A stretch of 59,856 nt of DNA from Candidatus Parvarchaeum sp. (GCA_020724955.1 DYFY01000006.1:1-59856), one strand, 5' to 3'; shown: positions 33,720 through 44,029, counted from the first letter of the stretch. Notes: a model not told the origin generated them from the sequence alone. Program-made: numbers and translations.

Positions 33720-35612
33720 TCACTTGAGCCTTAGCGTTTCCAGATTCCGCGGCACAAGAGTTTCAATCCGATTCTGCTTGTAGATTGTTGAAGCTAAATC
33801 AAGGCATTTTGACTGCTCTCCGTGATTCAGGATAACACGTTTTGGCTTGGGATTCATTCTGCTTATGTATTGCAGCAGTTCGTTCCTTCCCGAGTGCGCA
33901 GACAGCCCGTACATTGTTTCAACACGCATCTTCACTTCAACAGTTTCCCCGCCGAATTGCTTGTCTATCTGTACAACAGGATTTCCTTCCTGTACAGCTC
34001 TTCCCAAGGAGGATGGAGCCTGATAACTTCCGAAAATTATTGTGTTGTTTGGGCTGTCCGCCAGCTGCTTAAAATATTCTACTGAAGCTCCTCCGGTAAG
34101 CATTCCGGAAGTTGCTATGATTATGCAAGGGCCCCCTTCTATGACTTCTTTTCTTTCCGCCGGAGAGCCAACTCTCTTAAATATCTGCGAGGTAAATGGG
34201 TTATTGTCCTGAAAAATTTGCGCGCGGACGCTTGAGGCGAGAAAATCCGGATAGGCTGTGTGAATTGCAGTTATATCCCAGAGCATGCCGTCAAGGTAAA
34301 CAGGAATTTCAGGTATTTTCCCTGTGCGAATTGCTTCTTCGACTCTCAATATGGTTTCCTGGGAGTGCCCAAGACCCAGCTCAGGAAGAAGAACTTTTCC
34401 TTTCTTTTCTATGGTTTCTTTCACTACTGCAAAAAACCTTTCATCAACTTCTTTTCTCGGTGGAAGCACGTCATTTTTCGAACCGTACGTTGATTCCATA
34501 GTCACTGTTTCAACTCTTGGAAAATGATTCACCGCCGGATCCAGAAGCCTTGTGCGTCTGTAGTTTGTATCTGCCGAATAAACAAAATTATGCAGTCCAT
34601 TTCCGATGTTTATGTGCACCACACAAGAGCCAAGAACATGGCCTGCGTTGTAGAAAGTTATTCTTATGTCAGGAGTTATGTCAGAAACTTCTCCGTAATT
34701 CAGGCAGATGGAGTGCCTCACCATTTCCTTTATGTCTTCAGGCTTAAACAGAGGGGACGAAGCTTGTTTGTAGGCTACTCCAACAAAATCAAGGGCAAGC
34801 AGGGCAGAAATGTCCCTCGTCGGAGCAGTCATGTAAACAGGGCCTTTGTAACCCATTTTATAAAGGTAGGGAATCAAACCTGAATGATCTGTGTGAGCGT
34901 GAGAAAGAATTATTGCATCTATTGAATTTAAATCTCCGACTTCAGGAACGTTCAAATATGGAAACCTTTCTGGGCCGTCTGCTATTCCAGGATTTATTCC
35001 GCAATCCAAAAGAACTTTTGATTTGGGAGTGTGCAACAATAAACAAGAACGCCCAACCTGCCTTCCGCTTCCTAAATATGTCAGCCTGACCCACATATCC
35101 ATTTTCTCAGGATTCCAGTCTGCATAAATTTTCTTTCCTATGTCGTTGAGGAATTTTTTTCTGTAGTTATTATTTGCGTATAAAACAGAGCGGATTTTTT
35201 CTGTGATTTTTGAGGGTATTGCCGGGCTTCTCTGCACTGCAGGAGCCCACAAAGTTGAGCTTCTTATTCCTGCCAATATAGATCCCTGCTTTCCTATGAC
35301 CATTCCAGGCCTCTTGGCCTCTATAATGACAGAGCTTCTTTGAACGTCAAAAATTATGTTTTCTATCTCAGCCTCTGCAGGAACCAATTCGCGGATTGTC
35401 TTTTCTGTTTCTTCCTGGGATGCAAGCAGAGCCTGATCCGCTCTTAATTCAACACGCTTTTTTATCTTTTCCACCACTGCTTTAATCTGGGGCTCTCCAG
35501 TTCTGAAGAATTCCTTGTCATTTGTATAGAGAACTATGTTTGCCCCTTCAAAGATGGCGTCACTTATTACCTTCGGTAACTCGTCTTTTATGCTTTTCAA
35601 AATATCTGTCAT
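33720..35612 (-). CDS. archaeal CPSF1 (KH domains plus metallo-beta-lactamase/beta-CASP ribonuclease)
   Basis: 630 aa. N-terminal KH region, HAHTDHSG, beta-CASP motifs. The many + strand ORFs at 33822..34883 are shadows. Confidence 0.92.
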   Translation of the reverse strand: MTDILKSIKDELPKVISDAIFEGANIVLYTNDKEFFRTGEPQIKAVVEKIKKRVELRADQALLASQEETEKTIRELVPAEAEIENIIFDVQRSSVIIEAKRPGMVIGKQGSILAGIRSSTLWAPAVQRSPAIPSKITEKIRSVLYANNNYRKKFLNDIGKKIYADWNPEKMDMWVRLTYLGSGRQVGRSCLLLHTPKSKVLLDCGINPGIADGPERFPYLNVPEVGDLNSIDAIILSHAHTDHSGLIPYLYKMGYKGPVYMTAPTRDISALLALDFVGVAYKQASSPLFKPEDIKEMVRHSICLNYGEVSDITPDIRITFYNAGHVLGSCVVHINIGNGLHNFVYSADTNYRRTRLLDPAVNHFPRVETVTMESTYGSKNDVLPPRKEVDERFFAVVKETIEKKGKVLLPELGLGHSQETILRVEEAIRTGKIPEIPVYLDGMLWDITAIHTAYPDFLASSVRAQIFQDNNPFTSQIFKRVGSPAERKEVIEGGPCIIIATSGMLTGGASVEYFKQLADSPNNTIIFGSYQAPSSLGRAVQEGNPVVQIDKQFGGETVEVKMRVETMYGLSAHSGRNELLQYISRMNPKPKRVILNHGEQSKCLDLASTIYKQNRIETLVPRNLETLRLK

Positions 35613-35635
35613 TTTAGCGTTTGTCGTTAATCAAG

Positions 35636-36298
35636 TTAGGTATAATTTGGCAAGATTTCCTGCGAGACAACGTGTTTTACGCCGTCTTTTGTTATTGCAA
35701 ACACATCTATCCCGTTTCCAGAAGCAGAATCTCTCTGAGTTGAGGCTTTCAGCGCTTCAACAGCCAACTCAACTCCCTGCGCTACTGAAATGTCTTTTTT
35801 CCACTGCCTTTCCAAAAGACCGAGAATGTATGGCATTCCCGAGGAAAAATTAGCATCATAATCCTCCACTTTGTAGACTCCTCCGGCAGGTTCTACCGTG
35901 TATAATTCTGTGGAGCCATCTTCATTAACGCCTCCTACTAAAATACCCACAATACTTGGAACCATGCTTGGAGTCCTTATATTACGATAAAGCATCATAC
36001 CTATCAAGTTAGCCGCTTCTTTTATTGTTGGTCTTGTTCTTGTCTTGAGCTCTTTGAGCTTTAGCTCGGCAGCAATTAACTTTTCTGATAATAAAGCGTC
36101 TGCTACACTTCCAGTGTAAGAAATGGCTAGGTAATTGTTTATTGGTTTAACTTTCTGAAAATTTTTTCCCATTATTATCGAGCCGGCAGTTATACGTCTA
36201 TCAGCACCCATAACAACTCCGTCTTTGCACACAATTCCAACTAGGCTTGTGTTTGACTTCATAACTGAATTCTTAATCTCACTTGTATCTTGATTCAT
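35636..36298 (-). CDS. psmB: proteasome subunit beta
   Basis: Propeptide followed by TSLVGIVCKDGVVMGADRR, then GSV.. Confidence 0.92.
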   Translation of the reverse strand: MNQDTSEIKNSVMKSNTSLVGIVCKDGVVMGADRRITAGSIIMGKNFQKVKPINNYLAISYTGSVADALLSEKLIAAELKLKELKTRTRPTIKEAANLIGMMLYRNIRTPSMVPSIVGILVGGVNEDGSTELYTVEPAGGVYKVEDYDANFSSGMPYILGLLERQWKKDISVAQGVELAVEALKASTQRDSASGNGIDVFAITKDGVKHVVSQEILPNYT

Positions 36299-36371
36299 AG
36301 AACAAAGACCTCTTGTGTCTATGCCTAAGCTATACCTATAAGGTTTTTAAAAGTTTCGGAATTGAAAGGCT

Positions 36372-38423
36372 TTAGGCCTGAATTTCTTTTGTTATTCCGT
36401 GCTCTTTTTTCAGGCGAATAACATTATCAACAAAGCTTTCTATTTTTGGCTCGTGGCTTACTAGAATTAACTGCTCCACGTCCAGTTCCTGAAGAACATC
36501 CCTTACTTTGTCCAGCTGTTGGTCAGAAAATCCGTCTGTTGGTTCGTCAAGAATAACTAAATTGCGGGTTTTAATTCTGCTGAATATTGAATTTATTATC
36601 TGATTAAGGGCTAGACGATAAGCAAGAGCTATTGCTGTCCGCTCCCCTCCTGAGAGAAAAGAATAGTCAAGCTCGTACTCGCCCTGCATTATTACAGGTG
36701 TGAAGTTTTCATCGAGATGAGAAGAAAAAGAATCGGTCGTGAGAGTCTCAAACCATTTATTAAAAAGCCTTGAAAATTCCCTGCGGAGACTGAACATTAT
36801 ATTCTTTTCTGCGAAAAGAATAAGGTTTGAAAAATCGTTTGAAAGCCACTCTTCCATTTCAAGAAGAGAATTAAGCTCCACAAGAGCTTTTTCTTTTTCA
36901 GATATTCTGTGGTTTAAGATGCTTATGTCTTTTTCAAGAAGCTCTGTTTCTTTCTTTATTTTCGCTATGTCAATCTCAACTTCCTTCTCCGCTTGAAAGG
37001 CGTTTTTCAGCTCAGCTTCTTTTGCAGAGTACATTGAGTCATATTTTGCCAGACTAAAGACTGAGCTTTTTAGAGATTTAATGTGGCTCTCAAGGGATAA
37101 AGAGTCTTTTTTATGGTTCTCAAGCGATTTTAAAAGAGCGTCTTTTTTTAAAATAGATGCAGACAGCTCTTCCTGCCTAAGCTTTAAAATTTCCAAGTCT
37201 GATTTTTTTTTCTGCAGGGAGGCGAGTTCGGTTTTCTTGCCTTCGCATAAAGAAACAATCTTATGCAAATCAGCATTTAGTTTTGAAATTATATTTTCTG
37301 AGTTAACAAGAGATTTTTCAGTGTCGTGAAGAATATTGTGCTTATGCCCTTCCGGAACAGACTGAAGACAAGTCGGGCAGATATCTATCCTGAATATTCG
37401 ATTTCTTTTCTCAAGATCTTCCTGCTTCTTTATCTTCAAAGAATTTATTTTTGCGCTTATGTCTATTATTGAAGAATTGAGTGAATCAATTTCTCCGGAA
37501 ACAGACTCTATCTCAAAATTCAGTGAATCAAGGTCCCTCTGGTTAAAAACGTCTCTTTTCTCGGAAAGCTTTTTTTCAATTTCCCTTATTTCAGCTTCTG
37601 TGTCTGATATATAGGCCTGTTTATTCAGAAGCATTATGTTTGCCTTGGATATTTCAGACTCCAGCTTGTTTTTCTCGTCTATTTTTTCTCTCAAAGATTC
37701 AATCTCAAGCTCAATTTTTTTTCTAACCTGCTCTTTCAGCGCAAGCTCTTTCTCCCTCTCGGAAATCAACAACGACAATTCCTGCACTAAAGATTTTTTC
37801 AAAGATAGGTCTTCTCTGTTGAGAGATATTTCTGCTGTCTGAATCTGAAGATTCTTCACTTTTTCTTTTATTCTGGAAATAACTATCTGAAGGTTGTCCT
37901 TTATCCTTCTGTATTTGTCAACTCCGAAGATATGCCTGATTACATTAAGCCTTGACTCGGGATTTTCAAGAATGATCTGCTTCATTTCCTCTTGCGGGGA
38001 ATAGACTGTGTATCTGTAAAGTAAATTTGTTTTTTTCAAAAACTCCTGGGGATAATTAAGCATGGAAAGGATTTTTGTTTTAAGCTCTGTAGCTGAGATG
38101 TCCTGAGTACTGCCGTCAATTGTGAGAGAGGCGTATTCCTGAGAAACAGATTTTGAACTGCGTTTTAGCCTTCTTTCTATTGTTATCATCCTGCCGTCTA
38201 TAATGAGCTCCAGGACGACTGAGCCTGAGTTCTCCCCGCTTCTAAGAATTGAAGATCCTTTCTGCCCGGGCTGAAGCCCAAACAGCGCAAATTCTATTGC
38301 GAGCAAAATAGAAGTTTTTCCGGAGCCTATGTCTCCTGAAAGAAGAATATTCCCTTCTGGAAGCTCTATTGTGCAACTCTTGTAGCTTCTTATGTTTTTC
38401 AATGAAATTTTTTTTATTATCAT
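36372..38423 (-). CDS. rad50: DNA double-strand break repair ATPase Rad50 (short, 683 aa)
   Basis: Walker A GDIGSGKTS, coiled coil with zinc hook CPTC, signature LSGGERTAIAL, Walker B LVILDEPT, H-loop VSHE. Confidence 0.92.
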   Translation of the reverse strand: MIIKKISLKNIRSYKSCTIELPEGNILLSGDIGSGKTSILLAIEFALFGLQPGQKGSSILRSGENSGSVVLELIIDGRMITIERRLKRSSKSVSQEYASLTIDGSTQDISATELKTKILSMLNYPQEFLKKTNLLYRYTVYSPQEEMKQIILENPESRLNVIRHIFGVDKYRRIKDNLQIVISRIKEKVKNLQIQTAEISLNREDLSLKKSLVQELSLLISEREKELALKEQVRKKIELEIESLREKIDEKNKLESEISKANIMLLNKQAYISDTEAEIREIEKKLSEKRDVFNQRDLDSLNFEIESVSGEIDSLNSSIIDISAKINSLKIKKQEDLEKRNRIFRIDICPTCLQSVPEGHKHNILHDTEKSLVNSENIISKLNADLHKIVSLCEGKKTELASLQKKKSDLEILKLRQEELSASILKKDALLKSLENHKKDSLSLESHIKSLKSSVFSLAKYDSMYSAKEAELKNAFQAEKEVEIDIAKIKKETELLEKDISILNHRISEKEKALVELNSLLEMEEWLSNDFSNLILFAEKNIMFSLRREFSRLFNKWFETLTTDSFSSHLDENFTPVIMQGEYELDYSFLSGGERTAIALAYRLALNQIINSIFSRIKTRNLVILDEPTDGFSDQQLDKVRDVLQELDVEQLILVSHEPKIESFVDNVIRLKKEHGITKEIQA

Positions 38424-39568
38424 ATTTTCAGAGCTTTGTTGGCGTCTTCAAAGATTCTTTTCTCAAAATTCTTTGCGACTTCGTCCTCCTTTTTCTCCGA
38501 ATTCAAGGAATGCATTAGTTCTAAAACAAGATGGTTAAATCTGCTTTTGTGCTCTTCCTGAAATTTCCTGATTATATCCTCCTCCATGTTTTCTGAGCTG
38601 ATTTCAAACTTTATCTCAGTATCTTTTGAATAAAGCCTGGAGGTGCTTTTAAGAAAAACATAAACCCCTTTCTCTATGGCGTGCTTTTCAATCTCCAAAA
38701 AGTTTATGTCTGATTTCTTTCCTTTTTCCAGAATTCCAGACAGCCTGAGAATTAATATTTTATCTTTGAGGTTTATTGAGTCAAGAGCTGAAATTATCTT
38801 GTCTTTTGCTTCAAGAGAGTTTTTTATCTCCAACTCCAAGACTTCAACCTCTTTCAGCCTTATTTCCTGCCTTTCTGCTTTTCCTGGAATATTGACTATA
38901 TAAAAAGAGCCTCCCTTGAGCTCTTCGAGCTCGGAAAGGTTATTTGGGAATGTTGGACCGCAATAAACTCTGCTGTTTTTATTGTAATTTACATGCAAGT
39001 GGGCTAAAGCAAGGTAATCAACTTTGGGAAGTTTTGTTTCATCAACTGCAGGGATTGGCAGGGAACCGACTGCGTCCCTTATCGCTGTGTGAAGCATTAA
39101 AATTTTGAATAACCCTGGAGAATCCTGCAATTTCACTCTCTCTATTTCTGGAACTTCAAGACCTGACTTCTTTCCCGGATAACCATAAATGGCAACGTTT
39201 TTATAAATTGTTGGATGAAGGATTATTGAGTTTTCCCTTTCTTCGGCTGAGAAGACGTTTTTTGCAAGCCCTGCCTCTTCCAGGACATCCAGAAAAGTTT
39301 TTCCTGAAGCTGAATAATCATGGCTTCCGGCTATAAGAAAAACAGGTATTTTTGCCTCTTTCAGCTTTCTAAACTCCCTGAATGCCTGCTTTAATGTTTC
39401 TATTGCCGGCTGGGCTGTGTCAAAGAGGTCGCCTGCTATGAGAACAAAATCAACTTTTTCCTTGATGCATTTTTCGACGGCAAAAGAAAAGCTGTTCATT
39501 GTCAGGAAAGCCAGCTCAGGCTGCCTCCATCCTCCCAAATGACAATCCCCCAGATGCGCAAACTTCAT
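38420..39568 (-). CDS. mre11: Mre11 nuclease
   Basis: Phosphoesterase motifs GDCHLG, GDLFD, GSHD, MLHTA, AHLH. Overlaps rad50 by 4 nt. Confidence 0.92.
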   Translation of the reverse strand: MKFAHLGDCHLGGWRQPELAFLTMNSFSFAVEKCIKEKVDFVLIAGDLFDTAQPAIETLKQAFREFRKLKEAKIPVFLIAGSHDYSASGKTFLDVLEEAGLAKNVFSAEERENSIILHPTIYKNVAIYGYPGKKSGLEVPEIERVKLQDSPGLFKILMLHTAIRDAVGSLPIPAVDETKLPKVDYLALAHLHVNYNKNSRVYCGPTFPNNLSELEELKGGSFYIVNIPGKAERQEIRLKEVEVLELEIKNSLEAKDKIISALDSINLKDKILILRLSGILEKGKKSDINFLEIEKHAIEKGVYVFLKSTSRLYSKDTEIKFEISSENMEEDIIRKFQEEHKSRFNHLVLELMHSLNSEKKEDEVAKNFEKRIFEDANKALKI

Positions 39569-39645
39569 ATTAAGGCGCCTCCTTTAAGACAAACAAAAAA
39601 GACCAAACAAGCTTTTTCATAAAATTCTTTCCTGGAAAGAGGTAT

Positions 39646-40194
39646 TTATGAATTATTGTGCTTGATTTCCCAGACTTCCAGAAACTCCATAAAGAGATTT
39701 TTTGACGATAATGCTCTGAAGGAAAATCCCATTCTGGAAACAAGAGATTTTATTCTCCTTTTTGGAGTTAAAGACGACAAAACTACAAGAATTATTCCAT
39801 TTTTGTTTAAAAATTTGGCAGATTGTTTTAAAAATTTCAAAATTGTTTCATCCCCGGATTTCCCGCCGGTTGTTGCGAGCCTGCTGTCTTCGGGCTCTCT
39901 TTTATCAAATGGGAGATAAGGCGGATTAAAAACAATCAAATCGAATTTTGCTTTTTTGGGGAGTTTGCTGAACAGATTAGAATTAATGGAGAGTATTTCA
40001 GGATAGTTTTTTCTGAGAAGGTCGAGAGCCTTTTCATTTATGTCTACAGCGGTTACCGAGCTTGCTCCTGAACTCAAGGCTTCAATAGCAAGTATTCCTG
40101 AGCCGGTACCCATGTCCAGAACTGATTTGCCTTTAGCATATTTCTTTAGTTGTTTCTGCAGGAGATATGAATCTTCTTCAGGGAGGTAAATCAT
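39646..40194 (-). CDS. HemK-related N5-glutamine/putative protein methyltransferase
   Basis: YLPEEDSYLL, VLDMGTGSGILA, NPPY. Confidence 0.8.
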   Translation of the reverse strand: MIYLPEEDSYLLQKQLKKYAKGKSVLDMGTGSGILAIEALSSGASSVTAVDINEKALDLLRKNYPEILSINSNLFSKLPKKAKFDLIVFNPPYLPFDKREPEDSRLATTGGKSGDETILKFLKQSAKFLNKNGIILVVLSSLTPKRRIKSLVSRMGFSFRALSSKNLFMEFLEVWEIKHNNS

Positions 40195-40195
40195 T

Positions 40196-40537
40196 TTATT
40201 CTGACAGGAAGCCGGAGAAAAAACCGGATATTTCTTCCTGAAAAAATAAAGAAGCTATGAAAAATATCACCAGCAAGATTAAAATTATGAACAACACGCT
40301 TACAAGAGTCAGCCTAAATCTTTTTTTTGGCTTTGTAGCTTTTATCATGTCCTGAGAAAGTTTTTTTGGAGCGCTGTTTGGGAGCTCTCCGGGAATTTGA
40401 GAAAAATTAAGCTTCCTTGAAGCTTCCAAAACCTCTGATTCAGGATAGCCTGCGTTTATGAAACTCTGCACAGCCTCTTCCACTGAATCTCCATTTTCAA
40501 CAGCGTTTCTCAAACCTCCAAAGATGTCTTCCCTCAT
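40196..40537 (-). CDS. hypothetical protein with C-terminal TM helix
   Basis: 113 aa. Overlaps the RNase J stop. Confidence 0.5.
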   Translation of the reverse strand: MREDIFGGLRNAVENGDSVEEAVQSFINAGYPESEVLEASRKLNFSQIPGELPNSAPKKLSQDMIKATKPKKRFRLTLVSVLFIILILLVIFFIASLFFQEEISGFFSGFLSE

Positions 40538-41871
40538 TTTAATTTGAGCTCCTTTCCATTATCAAGCAAATGCGCATTATACCCTTTCTTATAACCCATC
40601 TCAACCGCCAGGTCAAACCCTGCTTTTGTTTTTGAGAAATCTCCGTGCGAGGGAATTACATGTTCAGGGTTCGTCAGCCTGATTAAGTCCCTGATATCCT
40701 CTCTTCCTCCGTGCCCTGAAACATGAACATTGTCAAATATTCTTGGATGGAATTTTTTAAGCCTTTTGTCCAGGTCAGAGCGGTTTGCTTCATTTGTTGG
40801 AGTTGGAATTGTTTTTGAAGAAAAAATTATATGGTCTGAAGAAGACAAATTATATTTAAGCTTGCCTCTTGAAATCCTGTCTAATATCGAGCCTGGCTCT
40901 CCTTGGTGGCCTGTACAGACTACTAAATAATCTTTTTTATTTTTGTTTATTTTTCTTAGTAGACGTTCTACTTGGTTTCTATAAGGGGCTAACTGAACAT
41001 CTCTAAGAAATGGGGCTTTTCCAACTCGAGAAGCAGCCATGCAATATTTGTTTAAGCTTCTTCCAAGAAAAATTACTTTCCTGTTTAGTTTTAGGCCGAA
41101 TTCAGTTATCGATTTTAGCCTTGCTATATGGGATGAAAAAGTTGTTACAATCATGCCTGAATTCTGGTTGTCTGTTGTAAAAAAGACATCTTCCAATAAA
41201 CCACGAGCTATTTTTTCTGAAGGGGTTTTTCTATCATCCGGGGCGTAAAGGCAGTCTACTACTAGTGCCTTGACTCCTTGCTTGGCAAGTTGCTTTAATC
41301 TTTTGTAGTTAGGCTTGTCTCCCAGAATCGGAGAGTTATCAAATTTGAAGTCGTTGGCATATAGGACAATGCCTTCAGGGGTGTGAACGGCCACTATTGA
41401 AGATTGAATTGTTGAGTGAGTCATGTTTATGAACTCAACTCGGTATTCTCTTTTCCCTCTTACTTTACAAGAAGAATTTGGATTTACAGAAATTATCTTG
41501 TTGTTCAACTGGTGCCTGTTATCTAGAAGAAGGCTCTTGAGAACCTCTATTGTAAAAGGAGTCCCTAAAACTGGAGCTTTATATTTTGGAGCTATGTACT
41601 GAACTGCACCGACATGGTCTAGATGTGCGTGAGAAACTGCTATGGCTCTGACTTTATGTGAAAGATTCTTCTTGTTAAGATAAAGGTCATCTGGAAGAGC
41701 TCCAAGAGCCCTCATCCCCTTTTCAGTCGGTATTTTTTCCCTTTCCTGAACTCCAACAACCGCAGGCAAATACATTCCTGCGTCAAATACTATTACATCG
41801 TCTCCGGATTCCAGAGCTGTCATGTTTTTTCCGACTTCGCTGTAGCCACCGATTGTATGCAGTTTTAGCAT
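40534..41871 (-). CDS. rnj: ribonuclease J (archaeal beta-CASP)
   Basis: IGGYSEVGKNMT, SHAHLDHVGA, HVSGHG. Confidence 0.85.
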   Translation of the reverse strand: MLKLHTIGGYSEVGKNMTALESGDDVIVFDAGMYLPAVVGVQEREKIPTEKGMRALGALPDDLYLNKKNLSHKVRAIAVSHAHLDHVGAVQYIAPKYKAPVLGTPFTIEVLKSLLLDNRHQLNNKIISVNPNSSCKVRGKREYRVEFINMTHSTIQSSIVAVHTPEGIVLYANDFKFDNSPILGDKPNYKRLKQLAKQGVKALVVDCLYAPDDRKTPSEKIARGLLEDVFFTTDNQNSGMIVTTFSSHIARLKSITEFGLKLNRKVIFLGRSLNKYCMAASRVGKAPFLRDVQLAPYRNQVERLLRKINKNKKDYLVVCTGHQGEPGSILDRISRGKLKYNLSSSDHIIFSSKTIPTPTNEANRSDLDKRLKKFHPRIFDNVHVSGHGGREDIRDLIRLTNPEHVIPSHGDFSKTKAGFDLAVEMGYKKGYNAHLLDNGKELKLK

Positions 41872-42019
41872 AGGCTTATTATGGATAACGTGTTTAAATA
41901 GGTTTTTGGGACCTTGTTAAACAAGATATAATTTCAGGCTACTTTTTTAACAAACAATATTTATTTAACAAAGCTGGTTTTTGGCAAAACTATAAAAACA
42001 ATATTTTTCTTTTTTCTGA

Positions 42020-42850
42020 ATGCATCAGCATATAGCCAGGCTTAAAGCTCACAGGAACGTTCTTTATGGAATTGTCGTTGTGTTATTGATTTTTCAGATA
42101 ATATCTTTTGTGACAATCAGCTCCCAGGCTTCTGTGATAAAAGCCGAACAGGCATACCTTAAATCCCTTATCGATGATGCGAGACAGGAAAATCAAGTTG
42201 GGATTGATGAAATTGTCAAAATTATCAATCAGCAAAATGTTGATTTCAATGAAAAGATTGAGTTGTTAAAGACGTCTGAACAGGATTTTTCGGGAGTCAT
42301 AAGCGAGGTCATAAAAGGTGTTGTCAGCGTCAGGACGGACAAATCCATAGGAACAGGATTTATCATCAGCCCTGACGGATATGTCGTTACAAACTATCAT
42401 GTCATAAGAGATTCAAAAATAATAAGAACAACTACGTTTGACAATAAAAATCACGAAGCATTTTTTATCGGAGGAGATGAGCTTACTGATTTGGCGATTC
42501 TTAAAATGGATGGAAATTTTGACTATCTGAATTTTGCGGATTCCGACGCTATCCAGATAGGAGAGAAAGTGATAGCCATAGGGAATCCGCTTGGATTGTC
42601 TTTCACCGTTACTGAAGGAATTGTCTCTGCGGTGAAGAGGCAAGGACCTAATGGGCTTGAGGGGTATGTGCAGACTGATGTAACACTGAATCCCGGAAAT
42701 TCAGGAGGTCCTTTGATAAACAGGAGAGGAGAGGTTATAGGAATAAACAATTTCAAAATAGGAGGAGCTGAAAGCCTCGGCTTTGCGCTTGAAAGCAACA
42801 AGGCAAAGGAAGTGATAAATCTGATTGGCAAGGGTATTTTAGCAAACTAA
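42020..42850 (+). CDS. membrane-anchored HtrA/DegP-like trypsin-fold serine protease without PDZ domain
   Basis: N-terminal TM helix. Catalytic blocks TNYHVI, DLAILK, GNSGGPL. Confidence 0.85.
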   Translation: MHQHIARLKAHRNVLYGIVVVLLIFQIISFVTISSQASVIKAEQAYLKSLIDDARQENQVGIDEIVKIINQQNVDFNEKIELLKTSEQDFSGVISEVIKGVVSVRTDKSIGTGFIISPDGYVVTNYHVIRDSKIIRTTTFDNKNHEAFFIGGDELTDLAILKMDGNFDYLNFADSDAIQIGEKVIAIGNPLGLSFTVTEGIVSAVKRQGPNGLEGYVQTDVTLNPGNSGGPLINRRGEVIGINNFKIGGAESLGFALESNKAKEVINLIGKGILAN

Positions 42851-42851
42851 A

Positions 42852-43124
42852 ATGCTTAAACTTAAACCTTCTGCAAGAGCAAAAAGAAGATACCTGCTTT
42901 TAAAGGGGAACAGGAAAGACATTGAAAATTCGATTCTTGAGTACGTTGGAATTTGGGGATGGGCAAAAGCCGCGCCGGTCTTTGTGAAAAAGTCCGGAGA
43001 GAATTATGTTCTTGCTATAAACCGAAGCGAGACAGACAAAATAATCGGGAGCTTTGCCATCTATCCAGAAAAGATAGATGTTCTTAAAATCTCTGGAACT
43101 TTGAAGGGACTAGGTAAAAAATGA
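42852..43124 (+). CDS. rnp2: RNase P protein component 2 (Pop5/Rpp14 family)
   Basis: KPSARAKRRYLLLKG at the N-terminus, 90 aa, and a position upstream of psmA as in the archaeal superoperon. Confidence 0.7.
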   Translation: MLKLKPSARAKRRYLLLKGNRKDIENSILEYVGIWGWAKAAPVFVKKSGENYVLAINRSETDKIIGSFAIYPEKIDVLKISGTLKGLGKK

Positions 43125-43624
43125 AATCTAAAAAAAATAAGAAAACGTTCTGGATTGTTGCTGTGATTATTATTGTTGTAGTTGTAGGAGTGTTAGCGAG
43201 TTTTGTCTTGAACGATGTTGATGATGTTAAACCTTACAAAGATTATTGCGAAGTTAAAGAAGATTGTGTTCCAGCAGAATGCTGTCATCCTGAAAATGCT
43301 GTAAATAAATACTATTCTCCAAATTGCACGGATGTTGCTTGTACAGCTGTCTGCGGAGGACCATTAGAATGTGGGGCTGGAGCAATAGATTGCATCGATA
43401 ACCATTGCAAGATAATTCCAAAAGATTTGGAAAAAACCTACTGCCGGCCAGAAGAAAGGGAAGGCATTGGATGCATTGCGCTATATGATCCGGTCTGTGG
43501 ATGGTTTGATGCTGAAAAAGTGCAATGTGTTAAGTATCCATGCGCAGAGACATTCAGCAACAGCTGTTACTCCTGCCTTAACAAGGATGTTTTGTATTGG
43601 ACTAAGGGGGAGTGTCCTTTATGA
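43121..43624 (+). CDS. secreted Cys-rich protein with Kazal-like C-terminal motif
   Basis: N-terminal TM or signal helix and 20 Cys. CIALYDPVCGWFDAEKVQCVKYPCAETFSNSCYSC resembles the Kazal pattern Y-x-P-V-C-G ... T-[YF]-x-N-x-C. Confidence 0.55.
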   Translation: MKSKKNKKTFWIVAVIIIVVVVGVLASFVLNDVDDVKPYKDYCEVKEDCVPAECCHPENAVNKYYSPNCTDVACTAVCGGPLECGAGAIDCIDNHCKIIPKDLEKTYCRPEEREGIGCIALYDPVCGWFDAEKVQCVKYPCAETFSNSCYSCLNKDVLYWTKGECPL

Positions 43625-44029
43625 AAAGGAATCGGTTGAATGTTATAATCGAAAAACCGGTTGAAGAGGTATTTGAGTTTACAACTAACCCGAAAAACAC
43701 TCCTTCATGGATTTGCACATACAGGAAGAAGTATCTAGCCAATATCCTCCGAAGATTGGAACTGAATATAAGAATAGAGGTAATTCTGAAAAATGGAATT
43801 CATACAAAGTAGTTGAATTTAAGAAGAATAAACTATTTACATTACAATCGGCTGATAAAACTACTATGTTAGGTATAGTTATAGAATTTTGAAAAATAAT
43901 AAAACCTGGATGGAATATTTTGAATGGGTTGATAAAGGAGAATTAGATAATCCTTTTGATCAATCTGTGTTAAATAAGTTAAAAATGGTAATGGAAAAGA
44001 GACAATCACAAAACTTAAAAACCCGGTAG
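43621..44029 (+). pseudogene. SRPBCC/START-like gene disrupted by two frameshifts
   Basis: Three consecutive frames read MKRNRLNVIIEKPVEEVFEFTTNPKNTPSWI / ..EEVSSQYPPKIGTEYKNRGNSEKWNSYKVVEFKKNKLFTLQSADKTT / YSYRILKNNKTWMEYFEWVDKGELDNPFDQSVLNKLKMVMEK. Confidence 0.6.

Noticed and set aside
33822-34883. Cluster of six plus-strand ORFs (67-119 aa)
   Set aside because: All are antisense to the 630-aa aCPSF1 gene, which has unmistakable KH, MBL and beta-CASP motifs.
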